Assembly: GCA_944388035.1 (NCBI GenBank)
Contig: CALXHF010000008.1
Coordinates: forward strand, 2,927-66,926
Length of the DNA: 64,000 bases
Source: an uncultured Clostridia bacterium
GTDB lineage: Bacteria; Bacillota; Clostridia; TANB77; CAG-508
Direction: 5' to 3'
The notes beneath the pieces are model-generated. The model searched no databases and was not told where the DNA came from. It saw only the letters and a list, made by a program, of their open reading frames with translations. Shown one piece after another: positions 22,439 through 33,407 of the stretch. Every line of letters starts with the position of its first letter. Position 1 is the stretch's first letter. The position numbers were made by a program, and so were the translations under genes.

Positions 22439-22876
22439 TTATGTATCTTCTTTTCTCCACTCCATTACATATTCTTTTTCATTTGTTTTATCGTCTATTT
22501 GTATTTTTTGGTTCATAAAACCAAGTTTTGTGTAAAATAAAATTGCATTTATATTTTTTTCGTAAACATTTAAAGTTAATTTATCATATTTATTTTTTAC
22601 AAAATTAATTAGTTTTCTTCCTATTCCGCTTCTTCTATATTCATTTTTAATAAAAAGAGCTCCTATATATTCATTATTTAGAATACTTATAAAACCTTTA
22701 ATATCATTATTTTCAGTATATACATAGGTTTCTGATTTTTTTAAATATTCATCTTTTACTTTGTTGTAATTAAGTAGCCAATAATCTTTATCAATAAAAC
22801 TATGTGCTTCAAAATTACCTTTAGTCCATATTGCCATAACTTTTGTTGTATCTTCTTCTTTAAATTTTCGTATCAT
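22439..22876 (-). CDS. GNAT acetyltransferase
   Basis: YRRSGIGRKL, NAILFYTKLGF. Confidence 0.88.
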   Translation of the reverse strand: MIRKFKEEDTTKVMAIWTKGNFEAHSFIDKDYWLLNYNKVKDEYLKKSETYVYTENNDIKGFISILNNEYIGALFIKNEYRRSGIGRKLINFVKNKYDKLTLNVYEKNINAILFYTKLGFMNQKIQIDDKTNEKEYVMEWRKEDT

Positions 22877-22893
22877 AGTTAATCTCCTTAAAA

Positions 22894-23499
22894 TTAATCT
22901 TTTATAATTATCCCAAGTAATTTAGATAATTCTATTGCTTGTATATTATCTACTATCATACCTTTTACATCATCTAATCCTACAATTATACCATCTATAT
23001 TACAAGTTCTAAAATCAATTTTATTTAACCTTGTTTTAAACAATTGGCAATTTTGTAAATCATCTTCTTTAAAACTTACTGTTTTAAATTTTGCTTCACT
23101 AATACTACTATTTTGTAAATTTGTTTTTTCAATAAAAGTATTTTTAAAATTAGTAAGATTAAGATTTATATATTTTAAATTACTTTCTTTAATAGTTACA
23201 TCAAATAAACTACTTTTTGTAAAATTACAACCAACTAATTTACAATTTATAAACTTTACTCTCACAAATGATGTTTCTACAAAACTGCTATTTGAAAAAT
23301 CACAATTTACAAATTCTATATTACTAAAACTAGAATTATCAAAATTAGAATCTAATATTTTACAATTTTTAAATTCACATCTTGTAATATCTAAATTTTC
23401 TAAATTTATTTCTCTTTCATTTATATTAGAAAATTTATAATCTTTTACCTCTTCTTGGTTTTTTAAAAATTCATAAAACTTATCTTTATATTCTTCCAT
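22894..23499 (-). CDS. Pentapeptide-repeat protein
   Basis: Repeating F.N..F.N.DFS units. Confidence 0.88.
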   Translation of the reverse strand: MEEYKDKFYEFLKNQEEVKDYKFSNINEREINLENLDITRCEFKNCKILDSNFDNSSFSNIEFVNCDFSNSSFVETSFVRVKFINCKLVGCNFTKSSLFDVTIKESNLKYINLNLTNFKNTFIEKTNLQNSSISEAKFKTVSFKEDDLQNCQLFKTRLNKIDFRTCNIDGIIVGLDDVKGMIVDNIQAIELSKLLGIIIKD

Positions 23500-23512
23500 T
23501 TCTCAATTACCA

Positions 23513-23719
23513 TTAACTCTTTCTATATTCTAATATATCTCCTGGTGTACAATCTAATTCTTTACATATTGCATCTAATGTTGAAAATCTAATTGCTTTT
23601 CCTTTATTAGTTTTTAAAATAGATAAATTTGCAGGAGTTATACCAATTTTTTCTGAAAGTTCTTGTGAACTTATTTTTCTTTTTGCCATCATGACATCTA
23701 AATTAACTATAATTGACAT
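23513..23719 (-). CDS. Xre HTH regulator (YozG-like)
   Basis: NLSILKTNKGKAIRFSTLDAICKELDCTPGDILEY. Confidence 0.88.
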   Translation of the reverse strand: MSIIVNLDVMMAKRKISSQELSEKIGITPANLSILKTNKGKAIRFSTLDAICKELDCTPGDILEYRKS

Positions 23720-23734
23720 ATAAACTCCTCCTTT

Positions 23735-24223
23735 TTATATTGTTAAATCATTTTCTTCTTTATATTTAATAGCTCTTTTATATATTTCAGAAAGCACTAT
23801 TAAACCAACTCCAAATATTAAAAATACTAATGTTATTATATATGTAAGTAGCATATATATAATCATCCAATTTTCATTTTCTTTATTTAAAAATAATATT
23901 ACACTATTTATTAAATACATAAGCCCCATTACAATTGAGGAAATATAACTTACTTTTAATCTTTTTAAATTATTTTTATCAAAAACATTATTATTTTCTA
24001 ATGACTTAAATATACCTATAAATTGGCTTATAAGTATACTTGCAGGCCAACTTGATAAATATAATATTATTAATGTTTTTAATGTATTTGTTGATTTAAA
24101 AAATGTAAAATCTTTTATAAGTATTACTCCTCCTAGTATCACAACTATTAAACATACTGTAAATAATACCCATAAAAATATTTTAATTATTGTAGATAAA
24201 CTTTTCTTTCCTAAAACTTTCAT
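23735..24223 (-). CDS. DUF2975-like membrane protein
   Basis: Four TM helices ending AIKYKEENDLTI; usual neighbour of YozG-like HTH. Confidence 0.8.
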   Translation of the reverse strand: MKVLGKKSLSTIIKIFLWVLFTVCLIVVILGGVILIKDFTFFKSTNTLKTLIILYLSSWPASILISQFIGIFKSLENNNVFDKNNLKRLKVSYISSIVMGLMYLINSVILFLNKENENWMIIYMLLTYIITLVFLIFGVGLIVLSEIYKRAIKYKEENDLTI

Positions 24224-24239
24224 TTTTTACTACCTTCCC

Positions 24240-25727
24240 TTATCTATCTAATGTTAATGTATTACTTTGTAAATTTAGTTCATTTAATATATCAATTGCT
24301 TGTTTTTTAGATATATTATACTCTTGCCAAGACATTGTAAATATTCTTAATGTGTTTCTTCGTCCTAACAAGTAATTTTCTGCTCTTTCTTTTATGTTTT
24401 CATTTTCTACTTTTAATAATCTTGTTATTTGAGGAATAGCATCTGTTCCCAATTTTTGTAAATAATTTAAATCAAAATGTGTATCATCTTTATTTTCTAA
24501 ATATCTATCAATGTTCTCCCTAGCTATAAAGTTGTTAATATTCATAAAATTTAATATTAAATACATAAAACACGTAATTACAATACTTGTTTTTACTAAA
24601 TCAATCTTAGCTCCTAATAATTTTATTATTATTGGTATAGAAACTAACATTTCAGTAATTAATATAAATTGCACAAATATTCTTAAATATGTATATCCAT
24701 ATGTTTCAATATATAAGCTCATCCTATAAAATGCTGATATTATTATTATAATTGTAAATACCATTATTAACAAGCTCATTATTTTATTATATATTTTTTG
24801 ACCGTTTGTTTTTTCTTGTTTATTTACATTTGCAATTATAAGTATTACAAAATTTATAAATGAAACAAACATTAGTTGGAAAAAGCCTTGTCTTGCATAA
24901 CTTGCATAATCAAAGTTTAAATTATTACTTGTATGCATAAATAAATTTGATATTTGTATAAAACTAAATATTAAATAAATAATATTTAATATAGTAAGTA
25001 TCATATTTATTGTTAAATTTTCAAATTTAATTTCTCTTTTTTTAATTTCTTCATCTTCTCCATTAAATAATGTATCACTTTTAACTAGGTTTATGATAAA
25101 ACCACCACATAGTAAAAATGTTATTAGTATAAAACTCATTCTTGATAGAAATTTTATTATACCTTCTCCTGTTAAAAGTTCTCCTATATTAATAAACACA
25201 TCATCAAATATTCCTTGGAATATTTCGTCTGCCGACATTAATAATGCTAAAACTACTAATATTATAGGTAAAGAAATACATAATGCTTTTACTACTTTTT
25301 TTACTTTTTCTAAAGATTCATTTTCCTCCTTTTCTTTTTTTGTTTTAAAACAATCTAATAGATCACTTATATGTACTAACATACCTAAAAATACATCTTT
25401 ACATTTTCCTATAAATTTAGTTGTGGCTAATTTTTTCTTACAAGCATATACACACATTATTATTCCTAAAACTGTAATTACAACTGTATTTAAAATATTA
25501 AATAAGGTATTATTGAAAATAAAATATGTGCTACTTAGTAAAATAATTGGTATTGCTAGTATTAACGCTTTCTTATTTTCTATTTTCTTGTTTTTATTTA
25601 AAATATATATTAAATATAATAAACAAGCAAACACAAATATAAATACAGAAATTCCTGGTTTTTTGTCCCAAAACAATATTGATTGTACAATTGCTAAAAT
25701 CCCACTAATTATAATAATACTTCCCAT
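24240..25727 (-). CDS. DUF4153/DUF4173-like multi-TM protein
   Basis: LLMSADEIF, YASYARQGFFQL, YGYTYLR motifs. Confidence 0.8.
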   Translation of the reverse strand: MGSIIIISGILAIVQSILFWDKKPGISVFIFVFACLLYLIYILNKNKKIENKKALILAIPIILLSSTYFIFNNTLFNILNTVVITVLGIIMCVYACKKKLATTKFIGKCKDVFLGMLVHISDLLDCFKTKKEKEENESLEKVKKVVKALCISLPIILVVLALLMSADEIFQGIFDDVFINIGELLTGEGIIKFLSRMSFILITFLLCGGFIINLVKSDTLFNGEDEEIKKREIKFENLTINMILTILNIIYLIFSFIQISNLFMHTSNNLNFDYASYARQGFFQLMFVSFINFVILIIANVNKQEKTNGQKIYNKIMSLLIMVFTIIIIISAFYRMSLYIETYGYTYLRIFVQFILITEMLVSIPIIIKLLGAKIDLVKTSIVITCFMYLILNFMNINNFIARENIDRYLENKDDTHFDLNYLQKLGTDAIPQITRLLKVENENIKERAENYLLGRRNTLRIFTMSWQEYNISKKQAIDILNELNLQSNTLTLDR

Positions 25728-25907
25728 ATTCTTCCTCCTTTAACTGTCAATAAGTATATTATATCTTTTATTATTTGTCAATACTTTTTTATCGTTTTTT
25801 AATAATTATTTATTGAAATAAAATAGTATATCTTTAATTTTCAAAGATATACTATTTGTTTTAGCTTATATAAAACTATAAGCTTTGACTTAAATTTTAG
25901 AGTCTCT

Positions 25908-26108
25908 CTACCAACAAATACATATACGCCATTTACCACAAAATATCGGATAAGTGTAATATCCTTTTTTAGCTAGTTCTTTCTTAATAAACTCAGAAAT
26001 CTCTTCTTTATCTACGATAATTTCTTCTCCACCTTGCTTTCTTCTTTCGTGTATTTTCTTTAATATGTTTTTTAATTCTTGTATTTGCCGTTCGTCGTTC
26101 TTCTCCAT
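25908..26108 (-). CDS. Hypothetical protein (contains an in-frame CGG at 26088-26090)
   Basis: AGGAG SD, 66 aa, no recognised family. Confidence 0.45.
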   Translation of the reverse strand: MEKNDERQIQELKNILKKIHERRKQGGEEIIVDKEEISEFIKKELAKKGYYTYPIFCGKWRICICW

Positions 26109-26170
26109 CTTAAGTCTCCTAAAATTGTGTTTTACAATATGAAAATATTATAGCACTTTTGTTAAATAAG

Positions 26171-26317
26171 TCAATCATCTTTCTTTTTTTGTTTAACTTT
26201 TTTAGTCATTTTCTCTAATTCTAAATTAGATAATTCTTTTGCTGAACAATAATCTCCTTGACTAATACACGAAACTATTAATTTTAAAAATTCCACATAT
26301 TCTTCATCTCTTACCAT
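26171..26317 (-). CDS. 48-aa hypothetical protein, not in the ORF track
   Basis: GAAGGT SD; MVRDEEYVEFLKLIVSCISQGDYCSAKELSNLELEKMTKKVKQKKKDD. Confidence 0.45.
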   Translation of the reverse strand: MVRDEEYVEFLKLIVSCISQGDYCSAKELSNLELEKMTKKVKQKKKDD

Positions 26318-26556
26318 TTAACATACCTTCTTTTCTTTCTTTGTATATTAACTCATATTCTTTTGTTTTTCTGGGTATAACTAATAGTGTACCTTTTCTA
26401 TTTTGATACTATCATACGTAACATATAATTTCAAGCATTTATGAAAGTTTTTAGAAAATTTTTCCATATAATTTTCTCTCAGTATTAATGTGTTCATTAA
26501 TTATGTTTAGCTTGTTATACTAAGAGTAGTATTTTTAAGGTTTTGGAGGTATTAAT

Positions 26557-26898
26557 ATGGACTCTTTTTCAAAAGCAGAAATCGATAAACATTTTGGTAA
26601 AATACTAAAAGCTTATAGAAAAAAAGCTAAAATCACTCAAGAAGAATTAGCAGAGAAATTAGGTATTTCTCTTAAATATATATCTAGAATTGAAAATGGT
26701 AATAATGGTGTAAAAACTCAAAATTTAATACAATATATGAATATTTTAGGAGTTCCACCAGATACTTTGTTTGGAGTTTTTATGACACACCCAAATATTA
26801 AAAAGGATATGGATTTTTATCAGAAAATAACAAGCCTTTCAGAAGAACAAAAAGAGTTTGTCTCTTCAATTATTGATTTGTTAAAAAATTTTAAATAA
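26557..26898 (+). CDS. Xre-family HTH regulator
   Basis: TQEELAEKLGISLKYISRIENG; GGAGG SD. Confidence 0.9.
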   Translation: MDSFSKAEIDKHFGKILKAYRKKAKITQEELAEKLGISLKYISRIENGNNGVKTQNLIQYMNILGVPPDTLFGVFMTHPNIKKDMDFYQKITSLSEEQKEFVSSIIDLLKNFK

Positions 26899-26969
26899 AT
26901 TTTTCTTTCATTTGAAAATAGCGTATGAAATGTTCTCATTACCATACGCTATTTTGTTATTTTTTGTTT

Positions 26970-28373
26970 TTATTCTTCCCAAAAAGCTTTATAAGTTTTA
27001 TATGCTGAATAAATATCAAATTTACTTGTTACTTCATATGGAGCGTGCATTGAAAGAACTGGTACTCCACAATCTATTACATCTGCACCTTTATTAGCTA
27101 TAATATATGCGATTGTCCCTCCTCCGCCTACATCCACTTTTCCAAGTTCTGCTACTTGATATCTAATTTTATGTTTCTCTAAAATATTTCTTACCCAAGC
27201 TACATATTCGGCATTTGCATCAGAAGCACCTGATTTTCCTCTAGAACCAGTATATTTATTTAAGCTAATTCCCTTACCTATAAAACCTGCATTTGTTTTA
27301 TCAGATACAGAAGCATATAGTGGGTCAAAACCAGCATCAACATCTGATGATAGCATTTTTGAGAAGCAAAATACTTTGTCTAATAAATTTGGTTTATTTA
27401 CTCCTAATTTATTTAAAATTTCTGATATAAAGAAATCAAACATATGTGATTCCATACCAGTATTCCCTATGCTTCCTATTTCTTCTTTATCTGATAAAAT
27501 ACATATAGCTGTATTTTTCACTTCTCTTAATTCCATCATTGCGTGTAGTGATGTATATGCACATACTTTATCATCTTGCCCATATGCTGCAACCATACTA
27601 CCATCTAGCCCTAGTGTTCTTGCTTTAAATGCTGGTACTAATTCTATTTCAGCACTTGTTAAATCTTCTTCTGTTATTCCATATTTTTCGTTTAAGATTT
27701 TTAATATATTTAATTTAACACCTTCTGGAACTTTTTTATCTCCATTTTTAAATGGAATACTTCCTATTAATAGACTTAAGTTTTCACCATCAATTCCATT
27801 TTTTAATTTTTTCTCCATTTGTTCTTGTGCTAAATGTGGTAATAAATCTGTAATTGTAAATATTGGATCTTTTTCATCTTCACCTATATTTATATCTATT
27901 ACTTCACCATTTGTTTTAACAATTACACCGTGCATACTAAGTGGTATTGTTGTCCATTGGTATTTTTTAATTCCACCATAATAATGTGTTTTAAAATACG
28001 CTAACCCACCTTCTTCACATAATGGGTTTGGTTTTAAATCTAATCTTGGAGAATCTACGTGTGAACCTATAATATGTAGTCCACTTTCTATAGAATTTTC
28101 TCCTATTATTGCAAGATACATACTTTTCTTTCTGTTTATAAAATATACCTTATCACCTGGTTTTAATGTTTCAAATGTCATTATATCTCTATATCCGTTT
28201 TCATCTGCTAATTCTTTTGCATATTTTATAAATTCTCTCTCTGTTTTTGCTTTATTTAAAAATTCCATATAACTATCAGATACTTCGTTTAGTTTATTAC
28301 TTTCTTCTTCTGATAGATTTTCCCAACCTGTAGTTTCATCTCTAAATAGCTTTTTCTTTAATTCTTCTTCCAT
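26970..28373 (-). CDS. M18 family aminopeptidase
   Basis: SHVDSPRLDLKP, GQDD, DKEEIGS, SMHAP. Confidence 0.92.
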   Translation of the reverse strand: MEEELKKKLFRDETTGWENLSEEESNKLNEVSDSYMEFLNKAKTEREFIKYAKELADENGYRDIMTFETLKPGDKVYFINRKKSMYLAIIGENSIESGLHIIGSHVDSPRLDLKPNPLCEEGGLAYFKTHYYGGIKKYQWTTIPLSMHGVIVKTNGEVIDINIGEDEKDPIFTITDLLPHLAQEQMEKKLKNGIDGENLSLLIGSIPFKNGDKKVPEGVKLNILKILNEKYGITEEDLTSAEIELVPAFKARTLGLDGSMVAAYGQDDKVCAYTSLHAMMELREVKNTAICILSDKEEIGSIGNTGMESHMFDFFISEILNKLGVNKPNLLDKVFCFSKMLSSDVDAGFDPLYASVSDKTNAGFIGKGISLNKYTGSRGKSGASDANAEYVAWVRNILEKHKIRYQVAELGKVDVGGGGTIAYIIANKGADVIDCGVPVLSMHAPYEVTSKFDIYSAYKTYKAFWEE

Positions 28374-28489
28374 AATCTTCCTCCTTGTTTTTTATTTTCT
28401 ACATTAGTATATCACTATTATTAATATTTTTCCAGAAAAATTGTTATTTATTCAAAAAAAGTGGTTATACTATTTTTGAGGTGAGTTTT

Positions 28490-29998
28490 ATGAGTTCTTT
28501 ATGGCTTTCTTATAAAAATCTTTTTGATAATATTAATATTAAAAATAAATTAGATGATAATCTAGAAACTGATATATGTATAATTGGTGCTGGTATTTTT
28601 GGTATTACTTGTGGATATTATTTATCTAAACTAGGCTTTAAAGTAACTATTTTAGAAAAAGATTTTATTTCCTCTAAAACAACAGGTCATACTACAGCAA
28701 AAATAACAAGTCAGCACGGTTTATTTTATGATTATTTAGCTAATTCTTATAGTAGTGCTTTTGCTAAAGATTATTTAGATGTAAATGAAATGGCTATTAG
28801 AAATATAAAAAATATTATTGATAATGAAAATATTAATTGTGATTTTGAATATCAAAATTCTTTTGTATATACTACTAAAACTGAAGAAATTGATATTATA
28901 AAAAAAGAATATAATACTCTTATAGATTTAGGTTACAAACCAGAACTTGTAACAAAAACAGGCCTTCCTTTTCCAATTAAGATAGCACTTTGTTTTAAAA
29001 ACCAAGCACAGTTTAACCCCGTAAAATACTTAGCTTTTTTAAGTAAATCTATTCTAGATAATGGTGGAGAAATTTACGAAAATACTACTGCTAAAGATTT
29101 AAAATCAGATTTTGATAATTTAGTTACTTATACTGATAATAATTATATAAAATCAAAATATGTAATAATTGCTACACATTATCCTTTTATAAATTTTCCT
29201 GGTTTTTATTTTGCAAAAATGTATCAGTCTACTTCCTATATAATTGGTGTTGATACTAAAAATGCTTTATTTAATGGTATGTATATCTCAGCAAAAGATC
29301 CTATTTATTCTTTTAGAACTGCTAAATTTAATAATAAAGATATTCTTTTAATTGGTGGCGGAGACCATAGAACTGGTAAACCTAGCTCATATAATGATAC
29401 TTATGGAAAGTTAGAAACTACTGCTAAAAAATATTATCCAGATTGTGAGGTTTTGTTTAGGTGGAATACTAGAGATTGCATTTCTTTAGATAAACTTCCT
29501 TATATTGGAACATTTGCTCCTAATATGCCTAATGTTTTTGTTGGTACTGGTTTTAAAAAATGGGGTATGACTTTATCTAATGTTGCAAGTAATATTGTTG
29601 TTGATAAAATTATTGGAAAACATAACAAATACGAGTATTTATTTAAGTCTTCTAGATTAAAACCTATTAAAAATTATGATGAGTTTAAAAATATGATTGT
29701 AGAGTCTAGTAATTCTCTTTTATTTAATAAACTTAAAAGACCTAATATGGACTTTTCTGAAATTAAAAATGATTCTGGTAGTATTATTGAAATTAATGGT
29801 GAAAAGGTTGGTATTTATAAAGATAAAAATGGTAAAATTTTTGCTGTAAAGCCTATTTGCACACATCTTGGTTGTCTTCTTTCTTGGAACGATATTGATA
29901 AAACTTGGGACTGCCCTTGCCATGGTTCTAGATTTAATTTTGACGGTAAAAATTTATATGACCCTGCTTTTAAAGATTTAAGTCGTTATAATTTTTAA
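28490..29998 (+). CDS. FAD-dependent oxidoreductase with C-terminal Rieske domain (YhfW-like)
   Basis: IIGAGIFG; CTHLGC...WDCPCHGSRF. Confidence 0.9.
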   Translation: MSSLWLSYKNLFDNINIKNKLDDNLETDICIIGAGIFGITCGYYLSKLGFKVTILEKDFISSKTTGHTTAKITSQHGLFYDYLANSYSSAFAKDYLDVNEMAIRNIKNIIDNENINCDFEYQNSFVYTTKTEEIDIIKKEYNTLIDLGYKPELVTKTGLPFPIKIALCFKNQAQFNPVKYLAFLSKSILDNGGEIYENTTAKDLKSDFDNLVTYTDNNYIKSKYVIIATHYPFINFPGFYFAKMYQSTSYIIGVDTKNALFNGMYISAKDPIYSFRTAKFNNKDILLIGGGDHRTGKPSSYNDTYGKLETTAKKYYPDCEVLFRWNTRDCISLDKLPYIGTFAPNMPNVFVGTGFKKWGMTLSNVASNIVVDKIIGKHNKYEYLFKSSRLKPIKNYDEFKNMIVESSNSLLFNKLKRPNMDFSEIKNDSGSIIEINGEKVGIYKDKNGKIFAVKPICTHLGCLLSWNDIDKTWDCPCHGSRFNFDGKNLYDPAFKDLSRYNF

Positions 29999-30135
29999 AT
30001 TATTTGTTATTTTTGTTGACTTCTAGCTTTTTTTTTGCTACAATGCTTTTAGAATAAATCATATATTTATATATTTATTTTTTGTTTATTGAACTAGATT
30101 TCTTCTAAAAAAGTAAATCTAGTTCTATTTTTATA

Positions 30136-30468
30136 TTAATTATTTTCTAGATTTCTAATTTTCTGTTTTAATTTATTATCTAAATTAAATTCTTCAGATT
30201 TCTTTAATAAAGAACAACATATATTTAATAAAAATTTTCTATCAAGGTTATCTATTGGCTCTCTTTCTATTGCATCTAATATCATCTTTTTATAATATTC
30301 ATTTTTATTTATATAGCAATTATTTTTTGAACATTCTTCTTCATTTAAGGCTAAATACGTTTCACCAATATTTATATTTTTCTTTTCTATAAATCTTAAG
30401 CATTTATCTTTTTTACTACATTTTCCATTAATGCAATAGCTAAAAGAATTGTCTAACATTTTATTCAC
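30136..30468 (-). CDS. Cys-rich hypothetical protein
   Basis: YCINGKCSKKDKCLR N-terminus. Confidence 0.5.
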   Translation of the reverse strand: MNKMLDNSFSYCINGKCSKKDKCLRFIEKKNINIGETYLALNEEECSKNNCYINKNEYYKKMILDAIEREPIDNLDRKFLLNICCSLLKKSEEFNLDNKLKQKIRNLENN

Positions 30469-30529
30469 ACCTTTTATAAAATCTTGAAAATTATTTGACT
30501 TTTTCTATAAATCTGTGTATAATAATTAT

Positions 30530-30616
30530 AGGAAATGGAGAAACCACAAACGTGGTTCACATAATATAAATGTGTTGACACATCTAACTAGGGAAGTTTA
30601 CAGATGTGTCTTTTTT
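30530..30616 (+). ncRNA. Candidate type I antitoxin RNA
   Basis: TTGACT-17-TATAAT promoter (30495-30523), no ORF, terminator GACACATCT...AGATGTGTC-T6; AAACCACA is complementary to the toxin 5' UTR. Confidence 0.6.
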
Positions 30617-30619
30617 GGT

Positions 30620-30742
30620 TTATTTGCTCTTACAAAGTAGTATTACAAGTGCTATTATTGAAGTAAGAGCTATGATAGTTATTCCTATTAAAGAATAATA
30701 TAATATGTATACTGTCGCAATTAATGTTTGTATTCCTACCAT
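30620..30742 (-). CDS. 40-aa single-TM type I toxin candidate MVGIQTLIATVYILYYSLIGITIIALTSIIALVILLCKSK
   Basis: Hydrophobic helix with basic tail; SD GGAGGT sequestered in the hairpin GCCTCC-AACAA-GGAGGT. Confidence 0.7.
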   Translation of the reverse strand: MVGIQTLIATVYILYYSLIGITIIALTSIIALVILLCKSK

Positions 30743-30951
30743 ACGCCTCACCTCCTTGTTGGAGGCAAACCACATCTGCTTATTCTCATTTCCTATGTTT
30801 ATTACTATACAACATTTTTAAACACAAAACAAGCGAACACGTAAAATTTTATTTATAAATATTATTTATAATAATTATATTCAAAAAATTGTAGTGGACT
30901 ATCGATTGTCTAAAGTCAATAGGCTTGCGAATGCTTTTATTTCAATTGCTA

Positions 30952-31200
30952 TTAAAAATATATCTCTTTTATTGAACTAATACTGTGAATTAACTGCTCA
31001 TATTTTATATCTTTTGCATACTCATAAGAACACTGATATTTATTCCATTGTTCTTTTAAAAAATTATCATTTTGAATAGAATTTATAACATCTTTTACAA
31101 TATTTTTATCATTTATTATATCAAAAGTTCCTCTATGTTTTGATGTTTCTTTTATTGTAAGGGTTAACATTTTACTATTAATATTTTTCTTATCTAAATT
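30952..31200 (-). pseudogene. C-terminal remnant of an AbiEii-like nucleotidyltransferase
   Basis: TSKHRGT...QWNKYQ...YAKDI resembles AbiEii C-termini; N-terminus missing. Confidence 0.5.
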
Positions 31201-31278
31201 ATAAATTTGACACTATTTACATAAAATGGTATAATGACTATGTACTTTACATAATCACACTATTAAGGAGAAAGTAAC

Positions 31279-32175
31279 ATGGAGAATTATTTGGACTTAA
31301 TTGAGGAATATTTTAGAAAAAAGAATAATTTGCTATGTTTCAACTCTTTTAGTAATGATGTAAGATTATTCAAAAATCACATTATAAAAACATTCAATAG
31401 TTTGGAGAGGTTAGAAAGATGTGTTGTAGGATTGCAAATTATGCATAATACATCAATAAATGTGCCAACAATACAATTTGTTTGTCCAGAAAAGAACACA
31501 ATAGTAGAAAGCTATATTGAAGGAATTTCATTAAATGAATATGCAACACATTTAACTCCAAAAAATCTGTATGATATTGGTCAACTAATGGGTTCTTTCC
31601 ATAATATTAATGTTAGCAGTTATGACAATGCGGCTTCTTGGAAACTTACTATCCTAACAGATATGATGCAAATTAGACAAAGTCTTGTACCTTATGAGGA
31701 TGACTTTATCAGTAGCATCACCTTTGTAGAAAATGAATGTAGTGGTCTTTTCCAAGATTTGCATTTTACATATGTTCATGGAGATTTTAGACCAGCCAAT
31801 ATCATTTTAAGCCAACCTGAAGAGAAATATTATTTGATTGACTTTGAAAATTTTATGGTCGGAGATCCAACCTTGGATGTGTACAAGATGCTCAGCATTC
31901 TTAAATCTAATAATACTTACTGCTTTGAAGATGTTAAATCATTTTTAAATGGCTATTTAAGTATTAGAGCACTTCCATCTCAAATCGTTGATAAATGGAT
32001 TTTTTACGATGTTTATTATTCATTAAGAAGTGTTCGACGGGCAATAAATGATAAGCATTTTAGGAATTCTGATGATCAATATATCATGAATGCTGATATA
32101 AGTGCTCAAAGAAAAAATCCGCAAACACTTCTAATGGTAAATTGGTTGGAAAAATATGTGAATAATCTACATTAG
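31279..32175 (+). CDS. Aminoglycoside/choline phosphotransferase family kinase
   Basis: HGDFRPANI and LIDFE motifs. Confidence 0.85.
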   Translation: MENYLDLIEEYFRKKNNLLCFNSFSNDVRLFKNHIIKTFNSLERLERCVVGLQIMHNTSINVPTIQFVCPEKNTIVESYIEGISLNEYATHLTPKNLYDIGQLMGSFHNINVSSYDNAASWKLTILTDMMQIRQSLVPYEDDFISSITFVENECSGLFQDLHFTYVHGDFRPANIILSQPEEKYYLIDFENFMVGDPTLDVYKMLSILKSNNTYCFEDVKSFLNGYLSIRALPSQIVDKWIFYDVYYSLRSVRRAINDKHFRNSDDQYIMNADISAQRKNPQTLLMVNWLEKYVNNLH

Positions 32176-32271
32176 TGTGAGTGGGCAATGAAATATTTTC
32201 ATTGCCCACTATGTATAAAAATAAAAACTACTTTTCACAATATAAAAATATCAAATAGAAAAGAGGTAAGT

Positions 32272-33360
32272 ATGATATTAGATAATCAAGAAATTGTAAA
32301 GAATAATAATATGGGAGAAATAATCGGTAAAGGCTTAACGAATCCAGTAGTAAAATATTTTTGTACACAAGGTAAAAATAAAAGTTCTGATGAGATAAAA
32401 AAAATCCAAAGTGAATTCTCTAGATTTGTTGGCTTTTGCATATTATTTAGAAGTTCACTAGATATTGGAACTTATATGTTATTAAGAAATAAAGATGAAC
32501 AAATATACTTTCTTAAAAAGAAAATTGCAGAACAATTAGAGATTCCTGAAGAAGAAATTGAGAAAAAAAAAGAAGAAATAGTGCAGTATGCATATCTAAA
32601 TTTTAAAAAACATGGATATGTATTTCATGCTGCAAATAGCTCATCGGTAAAAACAAAAATGTCTGTTGGCTTAAGTGATAATAATGCAAATGTTGAACAA
32701 CAAAAAGAATTATTACATATTGAATCTATTTATAGAAAATATGCACCAAATAGTTTGTATAGTCCATTAGGTCATGCAGCAGCAGATATACTAGATAATA
32801 AAACAGGTTGGTTCTTTGATGGGTTGCCAATACATTCTACAGGATATGCTAATTCTCCCCAATGGTTTAGTTATTTATGTGGCAAAAGCTATGTTTATTT
32901 TGACAACATTCCAGAAGAACGAAGAAACGGTTATGCTAATAGAGATTTTGTAACTTCATTAGAAGTAATTATTTGGTTGATAAAAAGCAAAAAAATGTCA
33001 TTAGAAGATAGCAAAGAAATATTATTGTTTTTTAAAAAATGTTGGAATGAATATAAAGACACAACACCTTGTTTAATATTTGTTCCAGTAGAAGAAGTTG
33101 GAGTAAATGATGAAATTAAACTTGAACAATATTTAAGTAATGATGGTATGGATTTATTATTTAATGATATTATTTCTGGGAAAGTAAATCCAGTAAAAAA
33201 TTGTTGTTGTAAAAAATTAATTCCACCAGAAAAACTATCATATGTTGATCTATCTCCAATTCTTCCAAGATTTAAAATTAAAAGAACTATAGTAAAAAAG
33301 CCCGATCTTCTGAATAAATCAATTCAATTAAGAATTCAAGATGATGAAGAAGAAAGATAA
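32272..33360 (+). CDS. Hypothetical protein
   Basis: Long ORF; GAGGT SD before ATG 32272. Confidence 0.7.
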   Translation: MILDNQEIVKNNNMGEIIGKGLTNPVVKYFCTQGKNKSSDEIKKIQSEFSRFVGFCILFRSSLDIGTYMLLRNKDEQIYFLKKKIAEQLEIPEEEIEKKKEEIVQYAYLNFKKHGYVFHAANSSSVKTKMSVGLSDNNANVEQQKELLHIESIYRKYAPNSLYSPLGHAAADILDNKTGWFFDGLPIHSTGYANSPQWFSYLCGKSYVYFDNIPEERRNGYANRDFVTSLEVIIWLIKSKKMSLEDSKEILLFFKKCWNEYKDTTPCLIFVPVEEVGVNDEIKLEQYLSNDGMDLLFNDIISGKVNPVKNCCCKKLIPPEKLSYVDLSPILPRFKIKRTIVKKPDLLNKSIQLRIQDDEEER

Positions 33361-33407
33361 ATTAACAACATAACTTGATGAAATTTTAATACAATTGTAT
33401 AATTAAT

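Noticed and set aside
26088-26090. In-frame CGG (followed by C) as a fifth frameshift site
   Set aside because: The +1 frame stops after four codons and the ORF has no recognisable family; kept as a possible counter-example
32038-32040. In-frame CGG (followed by G) in the APH kinase as a frameshift site
   Set aside because: The +1 frame reads GGG CAA TAA while the zero frame continues; gene lies in an accessory block; kept as a counter-example
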